The notes under the pieces: model-generated
Database searches by the model: none
What the model saw: only the letters and a program-made list of their open reading frames with translations
What the model was told of the DNA's origin: nothing
From: Nemertoderma westbladi
Lineage: Eukaryota; Animalia; Xenacoelomorpha
Length of the DNA: 32,399 bases
Assembly: GCA_032718475.1 (NCBI GenBank)
Contig: JAUCBJ010007508.1
Span: forward strand, 1 to 32,399
Reading direction: 5' to 3'
In this document: in pieces, positions 1 to 8,926 of the stretch
Layout: every line of letters starts with the position of its first letter
How positions within the stretch are numbered: the first letter of the stretch is position 1
Made by a program: the position numbers and the translations under genes

Positions 1-1561
1 AAAAAATTCAAAAAAATTAAAAAAATTAAGGATCTAACAGGAATTACCTACATTATATGCCCTACGTGAATACTACGCCATGAAATTTTTCTTAAGTACA
101 GTACATACATAAACTCAGTACACCATTTACACATCTCAGCTTGCCCTTTATAAATAACCATAGTGCTAATATCTCAAGTCAAAAACTATTAAATCGTATA
201 ACTAAAAAAATCAAAATTCCAATAACTAAAACAAACAGCGGATTTAATAGTGTCGCTATAAGTATGGCACACATTTGGAATCTCATAGATAAAAAAATTC
301 CGAAGCATTGGAAACTTAAAATATATTACAATTTAATAAAAAAATATTACTACTCAAAATTCGAATGAGCTGCTATCACTTAAATAAAAAATAACATATC
401 GCGATGCTTTGATTAATAACAAAATATATATATTTGTGCTGCAATGTATTGCCACCAAACTAGAAAACTATAGGGCCTACTAAGTACTGTAGTTTACCGA
501 GGAGTACAGTTCGTACAGTTTAATTTAATTCTACTGTATTTAGGTTAATTATGTGTGTTACATATGTACTGTAGATCTGGAGAGTCTGCTGACGCTTATT
601 GCCGCGCTTTGGGTACTGCCCTCAGCGCTGCCTCCAAATTTTACTTTGGAGTTTCAGACTATAAAATAATAATAATTATTATTATTTTTGCATTCCAACT
701 ATAATTCCCATAGTTGAGAAATTAAAAATTACATTAATGTTAATTTTTAGGAAAGAAATACCTTCTGGTTGAACATCAAATCGTGTGTCTCCAGAAAATT
801 CCTGAGCTTTCAAATACCACAGGAGCAGCAGCGAGGTGCAGAGGAAAATATAGCGAATGTATTCAATAGAAGATGCAGGATTCTCCTGCCATCAACAATG
901 ATCGCATTCAATTTCGGTTATTGGTTGCTGATTTACGTTGAAACTTCCTCTCTTGTTGAAACTTACATGAAAGAAGAATTGTAATCAACTCCCGCTTAAA
1001 ACATAATTTTAACATACTGTACTATTATTAGTATATTATGTATAGTATTGTACCTATTTAAGTCATTTAATCCTCCTCTCCTCTCCCTTGTGTGATACTT
1101 GTATGCGAGAGCAATTAGGCATCTAGAATACCTTGAGTAGTACTATAATCATTGGTAAACATTGATCATGGTATATTGAATTGAATTTTAATTTTTTGAA
1201 TTTTAATTTATTTTCCATCGAGTAACAATGAATAAGGTAAACCTTGTATAAAATGCACCCCGACACCATTTAGTAAAGGTAATCCAAAGAGTTGAGGTGA
1301 GGAAATGGGGTGAGAAGGCATGCATTGGGTATGATGGCCTGGATGGCAGCTCTAATAGCATAGCTAGTTAGCGCTGCCACCCAGGTAATGATACATTAGA
1401 GTAATGAAATTCGCGAGTTATGTAATGAACAGGACATGAAGAAGGGATGGATGGTATCATTGAACGATAAATTGTGAACAATGCTTTAAAAAATACTAGT
1501 TGAAACAAGAACGTGGGAGCCAGAAATTGTCAATTTGTTACAATTTAATTATTTAATTTCT
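1..1561. repeat. Segmental duplication, copy 1 (pairs with 8927-10487)
   Basis: Matches at offset 8926 with no difference seen by eye; ORFs 141..368/9067..9294 and 769..984/9695..9910 are identical. Identity ends after ...ATTTAATTTCT (1561/10487). Confidence 0.95.
1175..1561 (-). mobile_element. 3' UTR and tail of the L2/CR1-like LINE (duplicate of 10101-10487)
   Basis: Minus strand has a long stem-loop (1338-1385), then AATAAA and short AATTC-type repeats. In copy 2 this lies directly downstream of the LINE ORF2 C-terminus. Confidence 0.6.
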
Positions 1562-1567
1562 ACTAAC

Positions 1568-2215
1568 TAGATCGGGATCCAGCGGAATTGTAGCGCACCT
1601 TTTGGTTGATGCTATCTTCTCACCGGGAAGATAGCATGGGGGGGAGTGTTAGCTTATCCAATTCCGCTAACATGAACCCACAAAGTAAGCCGTTGAGCAA
1701 TATTGGGAGCACGAGGTTGATTACCAATCAACCTCGTGTCAGCCCAGTAAACGGGGACAATAGGCCCCAAAGGAGACACACACAATAAGGGTCAGGGGCC
1801 AAACCCCTAACAGAGAGAGAACAACAGGGGCAACGGGAAACACACCAGGGAAGGTGAAAGGGCGAGAAGTGGGATATTAGCCAATGGGGGGACAGCATCG
1901 ACTAGGTACAGTAATATGGCCAACTGTGCAGTACATATATTACCTGTTGGTGCTTCCCTATTCAGTTTAGTTTACTCAGTCAGATCAGTAGGGTGGAACG
2001 GGGACTTCTGTCACCGTCCGCTACCGCCATCACGTGTAATACTTCTGTACTTATCTACCGGTAACCAGTTATCCATGTCTGCTATATCAACTATATTATA
2101 CCTTTCTACATATTACCGAACATCAGAACTCTAAACGAACCTTTTCATATACACGGCGGGGACGCGTAGATAGAAAACCCGAACGGATAAACCGGGATCC
2201 GTAGATCCCGTCACA
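1568..2215 (+). repeat. 5' LTR (3' portion only)
   Basis: Colinear with 4612-5250 from TAGATCG..TCCAGCGGAATTGTAGCGCAC to GGGATCCGTAGATCCC.TCACA, with many substitutions and indels. Confidence 0.8.
1881..1990 (+). promoter_or_regulatory. Pol II promoter-like module in the LTR
   Basis: CCAAT at 1881, TATATTA at 1936, several TCAGT initiator-like motifs at 1962-1989. Same order and spacing in the second repeat (4909, 4961, 4983 onward). Confidence 0.55.
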
Positions 2216-2274
2216 GTGATAGAACTAGATCCAACCAACTGACAGACTGTGGCGGCCAGCCACCAAAGACGAAG

Positions 2275-2934
2275 ATGAGTCGAGAGAAAGGAACGACACC
2301 GCCACGGACCCCGGACGACGATCTAACGATCCGCGAGGCCACGGCGAGACGATACGAACCCACGACGCCGGTCGATGCTACGCCGACCACGTCGACGCAC
2401 GTTGACGCCACGTCGATAACGAGCGACCCGGCGAACCAAGATGTGGGGGGTCGTCTACAAAGAGAAATTGAGTCGGGAGGAGAAGAGGAAGACGAGTCGA
2501 CGCGGAGCGAGGGTCGACGCACCGATGTCGCCAGCCAGCCACAGGCCGAGGACGACGAACGGTCCACCGGAACGGCGACGGTGGGGCCGTCGGTACGACG
2601 TCGGACCCGGAGAGATGGAGGAGAGGTCGGCGACGAGGACGTCGGGGTTTCTGATCGACTTCGACGAGCCTACCTCGCGACCAGGGAGCGACTGAGAGAG
2701 GCCAAAGGAGGGGCGAAGATAGACGAGGTGAGACTGAGGAGACGACTAGGTGAGTCGAACAGATACTTTGATTACCTAGTGCGTTCTGGGCAGGGAGAAC
2801 TAGCCGAGGAGAGGGCGAGGGGAGTTGTCAACGAACTGATTGAACTATGGGAATGTGGGGGTATGGAACCTAGCGTAGTGTACGTAGGGCCATACTTAGT
2901 CGATGCCCGGAGGAGTGTCGGAAGGAGTGTCTAG
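2275..2934 (+). CDS. ORF1 of the LTR-like element, 219 aa, unknown function (gag position)
   Basis: ATG-initiated GC-rich ORF just after the leader. N-terminal half is T/P/acidic and low complexity; C-terminal half is Arg/Glu-rich and looks helical. No CCHC knuckle recognised. Confidence 0.55.
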   Translation: MSREKGTTPPRTPDDDLTIREATARRYEPTTPVDATPTTSTHVDATSITSDPANQDVGGRLQREIESGGEEEDESTRSEGRRTDVASQPQAEDDERSTGTATVGPSVRRRTRRDGGEVGDEDVGVSDRLRRAYLATRERLREAKGGAKIDEVRLRRRLGESNRYFDYLVRSGQGELAEERARGVVNELIELWECGGMEPSVVYVGPYLVDARRSVGRSV

Positions 2935-3296
2935 AGGAGTGTCCAGAGGAGTGTCCGGAAGAGACGCAGGTCCGGTTTGGAGGCATACCGACAAGGGAGA
3001 AGTCGAGAAGGAAGGCAGGATGGAAAGGGATAGGACTATTATTCTACCTTCTGTTCTGCCTGTTCTTTCACTTTCTATTCATTCTGCCGGCGGGAGACAA
3101 CAAGGAGGGAGGTGGCATTTTGATGCCAGGAGATGAGCTAGTTAAGAAGGCGGCGGAGAGACCCGATTTCAGGGTGGCAGAAGAGGGAGAACCAATTCCT
3201 GGTGAGATGGAATTGGCAAAGAGAGTGCGGCGAATCCTACAGGACCTACAAGAGCAGCAGTGGGAGAGTGCCTGTTGGAAGAATCGCCCTAGTTAG
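2874..3296 (+). CDS. ORF2 (stop-to-stop, 140 codons, -1 frame relative to ORF1): Cys repeat, basic patch and single TM helix
   Basis: Manual translation: ...RCPEECRKECLEECPEECPEETQVRFGGIPTREKSRRKAGWKGIGLLFYLLFCLFFHFLFILPAGDNKEGGGILMPGDELVKKAAERPDFRVAEEGEPIPGEMELAKRVRRILQDLQEQQWESACWKNRPS*. First ATG is at 3123; absent from the ORF track. Confidence 0.5.
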   Translation, partial: RSVRRAILSRCPEECRKECLEECPEECPEETQVRFGGIPTREKSRRKAGWKGIGLLFYLLFCLFFHFLFILPAGDNKEGGGILMPGDELVKKAAERPDFRVAEEGEPIPGEMELAKRVRRILQDLQEQQWESACWKNRPS

Positions 3297-3324
3297 GAGG
3301 TTTAGTCGTCCAATATTTTGGACT

Positions 3325-3338
3325 GAGGGGGGTGGGAA
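3325..3338 (+). other. Polypurine tract candidate
   Basis: GAGGGGGGTGGGAA immediately followed by TG, 28 nt after the ORF2 stop; gypsy-like arrangement. Confidence 0.6.
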
Positions 3339-3471
3339 TGAGGGCGAGACGCCCTTCCCACAAAAATAATTATTTAATTTAAATAAACTATAATAGATAA
3401 TTAAATAATTAAAAGGTAGAAGGTGAGTAAGTTAGAAGGCGGCGGGGTAAGGGAGTGTGGCATATTGTCAT

Positions 3472-4069
3472 GCCACGAGTAGTAAGAGAGGGGTTGTGGG
3501 CACCGGAAGCGCCACGTAGAAAGTAGTAAGAGAGGGGTTGTGGGCACCGGAAGCGCCACGTAGAAAGTAGTAAGAGAGGGGTTGTGGGCACCGGAAGCAC
3601 CACGTAGAAAGTAGTAAGAGAGGGGTTGTGGGCACCGGAAGCGCCACGTAGAAAGTAGTAGCAGAGAGTGGTTGTGGGCACCGCAAGCGCCACGTAGAAA
3701 GTAGTAGCAGAGATTGGTTGTGGGCACCGCAAGCGCCACGTAGATAGAGGTGGTGAAAGAGTGGTTGTGGGCACCGCAAGCGCCACGTAGAGAGTAGAAA
3801 GGGGTAGACTAAGTATAGTTAGAGTTAGTAGTAGAGTTAGAGTGTTAGAGGTAGTAGAGAGGGCACATAGGGTGCCAGGTAGTAGAGTAGTAGAGGGTAG
3901 ATAGTAGAGTGGTTGTGGGCACCACGAGCGCCACGTAGATAGAGGGTTTTAGTTAGAGTTAGTAGTAGAGTGGTTGTGGGCACCGTTAGCGCCACGTAGA
4001 TGGAGATAGAGTTAGTAAGAGGGTACGTAGTACCGGTTGTGGTTGTGGGCACCGTTAGCGCCACGTAGA
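3472..4069 (+). repeat. 44-47 bp minisatellite (7 tandem plus 3 dispersed cores)
   Basis: Unit GCCACGTAGAAAGTAGTAAGAGAGGGGTTGTGGGCACCGGAAGC. Tandem to ~3791; further cores near 3913, 3974 and 4043. Confidence 0.95.
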
Positions 4070-4470
4070 TAGAGATAGAGTTAGTTGGAGGATTTTAGTC
4101 AGAGTTAGAAAAGAGTTAGTAGACTTAGCAGAAAGTTAGAGAGTTCTAGTTAGAGTTAGTAGAAAGTTAGAGGCTTTTAGTTAGAGCTAGAAGTAGTAAG
4201 AGTTAGCAGAGAGTAGAGTAGAGTTAGTAGAGTTAGGAGTTAGTTAGAGTTAGAGAAGTTAGATAGTTAGCAAGTTAGACCTTAGATAAGGTAGATAGTA
4301 TGATAGCACAGGGGTAGCATTAGAGATTAGGGCCTTAGGGAGTGGCAGAGAGTAGAGAGGAGATAGTGAGAAGAGCTGTTGGCGAGAAGTTAGAGTGCGA
4401 TTCAGGTGTGGGGAGAGTGTAAGAGTGGGGAGAGAGCGAGTTGAGTTAGAGAGCGAAGTTAGAGTGGCGA
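3792..4470 (+). repeat. C-poor low-complexity tract of AGAGTT/AGTTAG/GTAGA motifs
   Basis: Many GTTAGA, AGTTAG and GTAGAG motifs with very few C on the + strand. Confidence 0.8.
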
Positions 4471-5284
4471 GAGTGTTGGGGAAACAAAAATTGTGTGAGA
4501 GAAGCGCACGATCGGCCCGACACGAGACGCCAGAGGGTAGTGACATCATACCCATAGGGAGCGGCCTGGAAAGCCGACTCCAAGAAAATAACCCCACCCC
4601 ACACCCGATAATAGATCGAGTTCCAGCGGAATTGTAGCGCACTTTAGTTGGATGCTATCTTCTTACCGGGAAGATAGCATGGGGGGGAGTGTTAGCTTAT
4701 CCAATTCCGCTAACACAAACCCATAGAGTGAGCCATTAAGCAATATTGGGAGCACGAGGTTGATTACCAATATCAACCTCGTGTTACCCCAATAAAGTGG
4801 GAAGGGAAGGAGAAACACACAATGGAGGGTCAGGGGCCAAACCCCTAACCGAGAGAGAACACAAGGAGTGAAGGGAAACACTCCAAAGGGTGCCAACAGG
4901 GATATTAGCCAATGGGGGGAAGGCATCGGCTAGGTAATGTAATACGGCCAAACCGTGCAATATATATTACCAGTTGACTGCATCAGTTATCTCAGTTATC
5001 AGTTAGTCAGATCAGTTAGGGTGGAGCGGCAACATCTATTACCGTCCACTACCGCCACCACATCATTCAATCAGTGTTTACCGGTATATCAGTTATCATC
5101 AGTTTAACCGTGCTTGCATTACTCATTTTATTATACTTATACTTATGAACTCCAGAACTCTCAACTTAACTGACCCTTTTCATACACACGGCGGGGACGC
5201 GTAAATAGACAAACCCAATGGATAAATCGGGATCCGTAGATCCCATCACACTCGATCTAGCAAATGATTAAAAAACAATAATAA

Positions 5285-5402
5285 AACAGTCGGATCATAT
5301 AAAATAACTTGGTGTATTTATTGATAATAGATTGGAGTGGGGGGAACACATACGGACAATAACAAATCAAAATGACACAGGCAATATCTGGCTTAAGACA
5401 GA
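5285..5402 (+). pseudogene. Short non-LTR RT fragment (domain 7/thumb)
   Basis: Translates LGVFIDNRLEWGEHIRTI, matching the KYLGVxIDxxLxWxxHI pattern of L2/CR1-type LINEs. Confidence 0.65.
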
Positions 5403-5406
5403 TTAA

Positions 5407-6925
5407 CCCTATTAAACGCGGGGGGCGGGTCAATATGACCCCCCCCCCCCCCTGTGGTTTTTTTATTATAATTCTGAAACAAACGCAGTAGGGAATCTGA
5501 AATTTTATATCTTTTCCTAAAAATCTATTGTCTTCCTAGTAGGTAGTGAAAACCGTTTTCAAAAATATTGAGTAGTTTTCGAGTTATAGCACCATTTTTT
5601 AACCCTGCTTTTGGCACTTTTTTGAGACGTTTTTTGAAAATTACATTTCATTAAATATGATTTGTAACATCTCTATTTTTGATTTACACCTGTTTTTTGG
5701 TGTTAGCAATTGGGTGGAATTCATATAAATTATTTTAGAAATTTTAAACTTGTTTTTTTCGGCGGGTGCCAAATTTTGGTGCCAGCACCAAATTTTGAAA
5801 TATGTCAATTTTGTAAATTGATTCTTTGAAACTTGTTTTTTACGCAATTGGGGTTTTTTGGGGTTCTCGTTTTGTTGGAATATATACGAGTTACACCAAG
5901 CGTATCAAACTTGTATTTTTCGGTGCTGTGTGAAAATTTGGTGCCAGCACGAAATTTTTAAAATCCATTCAATAGTTAAATAATTCAATAGTTTTAGAGG
6001 TTTATGGCTGTTCTGAATTCAATGGAATATAATTATCAAACTAGACATCTCTAACTTGTGTTTTTCGGAAGTGGGTGCAAAATGTGGTGCTAGCACCAAA
6101 TTTTGAAAATCATCAAATATATCAATTAATTGTGTCACCTTGTTTCTTGCGTTATACGGGTTTGTGAGGGTTCTGAATTCAATGGAATCAGTAAAAATTT
6201 CATAAGAGTTTTCAAACTTGTATTTTTCGCCGGTGGGTGAAAATTGTTGTGCCAGCACCAAATTTTAGAAAATAAGCAAATTGATCAATAGATAGTATCA
6301 TCTTGTTTCTTGCGTGATACGGGATTATGGGGGTCCTGAATCCGAAGGAATCAATAAAAACAGCACTGGACATCTCAAACATGTACTTTTTGGTGATGGC
6401 TACGAAATTTGGTGCTAGCACCAACATTTTCCTTATTATGCCGAAAAATATAATTAGAATTGATCTAGCAAATTAGAAATGCATTCCATTAGAATCAGCG
6501 CCCCAGAAAACCTAAAAATGTGAATTTATAGCATCGTATAAGCGAATTGATAATTTTGTGTTCAAACTAAAAAGTGCTGGTTACTTGTTTTTTTCATTTT
6601 TTGCCTAAGTAAAGGACTAAAACAACCATTTAGTAATCAGATGATTTTAAACACTTTCCAATGGATTTTGCGCCCCAGAAAACCTGTATTGAAAAACAAT
6701 TAGCCGAAAATTATAACTTTCAAATTTTATGAAAATTGTTCAATACTTGTAATTTTGGTGTAGCAAAATAATCACCCCAGTAATTTTTTTCTAAATTGTT
6801 TTTTTTCGGTCGGATTCGGACTAGTGAGATCTACGTACAAACAAATTTGTTGATTTTAGAAGGAGGAGTTACCATGACCCCCCGGTATTTGTACAACATT
6901 TTTATAGGTTTCATATCTAATAGGG
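5407..6925. mobile_element. Non-autonomous piggyBac-like element, copy A
   Basis: TTAA|CCCTATTA...TAATAGGG|TTAA (TTAA at 5403-5406 and 6926-6929); no transposase. Confidence 0.9.
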
Positions 6926-6929
6926 TTAA

Positions 6930-7090
6930 GGTATCTAAGTTCAGAATGTCTGTTAAGTCACTACTAAATGTCTCAGAAAAAGTAAGTATATCAAACTTAG
7001 TAGAGATATTAAGTATAGTCAGTTATAGCTGGTAGGTTAGAGGGAAGACACGGCAATTTGTGAAGTGAAGTGAATGATAATGTTGCACTG
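6930..7090 (-). pseudogene. LINE APE endonuclease N-terminal fragment (frameshifted duplicate of 13495-13656)
   Basis: Near-identical to 13495-13656; encodes KFDILTFSETF. Confidence 0.7.
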
Positions 7091-7203
7091 TACACTTTAT
7101 TACTAATTACTATAACTGCTGCATAGACTGAATTAATCAGTACAGTATACAGTACAAACTAAAATAGTCAAACAGAGATTCGACGTAGGGCCTCGGTGCT
7201 TAA

Positions 7204-8791
7204 CCCTATTAAACCAGGGGGGGGGGGGGTCAATATGACCCCCCCCCCGTGGTTTTTTTATTATAATTCTGAAACAAACGCAGTTGGGAATCTGAAATTT
7301 TATGACTTTTCCTAAAAATCTATTGTCTTCCTAGTAGAGAAAACCGTTTTCAAAAATATTGGGTAGTTTTCGAGTTATAGCACCATTTTTTAACCCTACT
7401 TTTGGCACTTTTTTTTGAGACGTTTTTTGAAAATTACATTTCATTAAATATGATTTGTAACATCTCTATTTTTGATTTACACCGGTTTTTTGGTGTTAGC
7501 AATTGGATGGAATACATATAAATTGATTTAGAAATTTCAAACTTGTTTTTTTCGGCGGGTGCCAATTTTTGGTGCCAGCACCAAATTTTGAAATATGTCA
7601 ATTTTGTAAATTGATTGTGTGAAACTTGTTTTTTACGCAATTGGGGTTTTTTGGGGTTCTGGTTTCGATGAAATATATACGAGTTGCACCAAGCGTATCA
7701 AACTTGTATTTTTCGGTGGTGGGTGCAAATTTTGGCGCTAGCACGAAATTTTGAAAATTCATTCAATTGATAAAATTGTTTGTGACAATATATTTCTTGT
7801 GTTTTAGAGGTTTATGGCTATTCTGAATTGAATGGAATATATAATTTTCGAACTAGGCATCTCAAACTTGTATTTTTCGGAAGTGGGTGCAAAATGTGGT
7901 GCTAGCACCAAATTTTGAAAACCATCAAATATATAAATTGATTGTGTCACCTTGTTTCTTGCGTTATACGGGTTTGTGAGGGTTCTGAATTCAATGGAAT
8001 CAGTAAAAATTTCATACGAGTTTTCAAACTTGTATTTTTCGCCGGTGGGTGAAAATTGTTGTGCCAGCACCAAATTTTGGAAAATAAGCAAATTGATCAG
8101 TAGATAGTATCATCTTGTTTATGGCGTTATACGGGTTTATGAGGGTCCTGAATCCGATGGAATCAATAAAAACATCACTGGACATCGCAAACTTGTACTT
8201 TTTGGTGATGGGTACGAAATTTGGTCCTAGCACCAAAATTTGCCAAATTACGCCGAAAAATACAAGTAGCAATGATGGGGCATTTTAGAAATGTATTCCA
8301 TTAGAATCAGCGCCCTAGAAAACCTGAAAATGTGAATTTATATCATAGTATAAGTGAATTAAAAATTTTGTGTTTTAACTGAAAAGTGCTGGTTACTTGT
8401 TTTTTTCGTTTTTTTTTCCTACGCAGAGAGGACTAAACAGCCATTTATAGTGAGCATATCATTTTAAAATATTTTCCAATGTATTTTGCGCCCCAGAATA
8501 CCTGTATTGAAAAACAATTAGCCGAAAAATGTAACTTTCAAATTTTGAGAAAATTGTGCACTACTTGTAATTTTGGTGCTGCATTATAACCACTCCAGTA
8601 CATTTTTTCTTTTCGAACGATCTTAACTAGTGATATCTACGTACAAACAAAAAATCAGACGTTTTTGTAAAAATTTGTAGATTTTAGAGGGTGGCGGGGG
8701 GGTGGGGGGCGGGGGAGGGGTCAATATGAACCCCCCTCCCCCCCCCCCCCCCGGTATTTGTACAACATTTTATAGCCCGGTACTAATAGGG
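7204..8791. mobile_element. Non-autonomous piggyBac-like element, copy B
   Basis: TTAA (7200-7203) CCCTATTA ... TAATAGGG TTAA (8792-8795); colinear with copy A. Confidence 0.9.
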
Positions 8792-8926
8792 TTAAAGGAC
8801 AGTTAACAAATAAAACAAAACTAAATATTTACAAATCTACAGTTCTGCCATATCACAATTACTGCTGCGAGTTACTCGTAAGCCTTCACAACATGCACGG
8901 ATTTAAAACACAGTTACACAACCTCA

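Larger units (their letters stand above)
1568..5250 (+). mobile_element. Non-autonomous (pol-less) LTR retrotransposon-like element, left end truncated
   Basis: Diverged direct repeats 1568-2215 and 4612-5250 both end in CCC(G/A)TCACA and both carry CCAAT/TATA/TCAGT. An ORF starts 60 nt after the first repeat. A purine tract GAGGGGGGTGGGAA is followed by TG at 3339. No RT, RNase H or integrase motifs. Confidence 0.65.
3339..5250 (+). repeat. Putative full 3' LTR (~1.9 kb)
   Basis: Starts TGAGGG after the PPT and ends CCCATCACA. Its last ~640 bp match 1568-2215. The left boundary is inferred only from the PPT. Confidence 0.5.

Noticed and set aside
575-984. Possible exons after AG acceptors at 574 and 750 (SLLTLIAALWVLP; KYLLVEHQIVC)
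   Set aside because: No clear donors or recognisable domain; may be decayed transposon exons, but this cannot be supported by eye.
1589-2215. LTR defined as TGTAG...TCACA only
   Set aside because: Homology between the two repeats extends about 21 nt left of this TG, and no purine tract precedes it.
3472-4069. CRISPR-like repeat-spacer array
   Set aside because: Spacers are near-identical or low complexity, there are no cas genes, and the context is eukaryotic with spliceosomal introns.
3401-4642. Minus-strand ORFs over the minisatellite and purine tract (likewise 25163-25716)
   Set aside because: Open only because the repeats lack stops; several frames are open at once.
5060-5110. Hammerhead ribozyme (CTGATGA on the minus strand at 5096-5102), as in retrozymes
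   Set aside because: No GAAA core with flanking helices was found, and the motif is not conserved in the first repeat.
5229-5260. Helitron 3' end (hairpin followed by CTAG; also at 2193-2228)
   Set aside because: CTAG is not followed by T, no 5' TC end was identified, and PPT and promoter features fit an LTR better.
5641-8272. Recurrent short minus-strand ORFs (also 12274-13019 and 19727-20138)
   Set aside because: By-products of the piggyBac-like subrepeats; frames and ends differ between copies and there are no transposase motifs.
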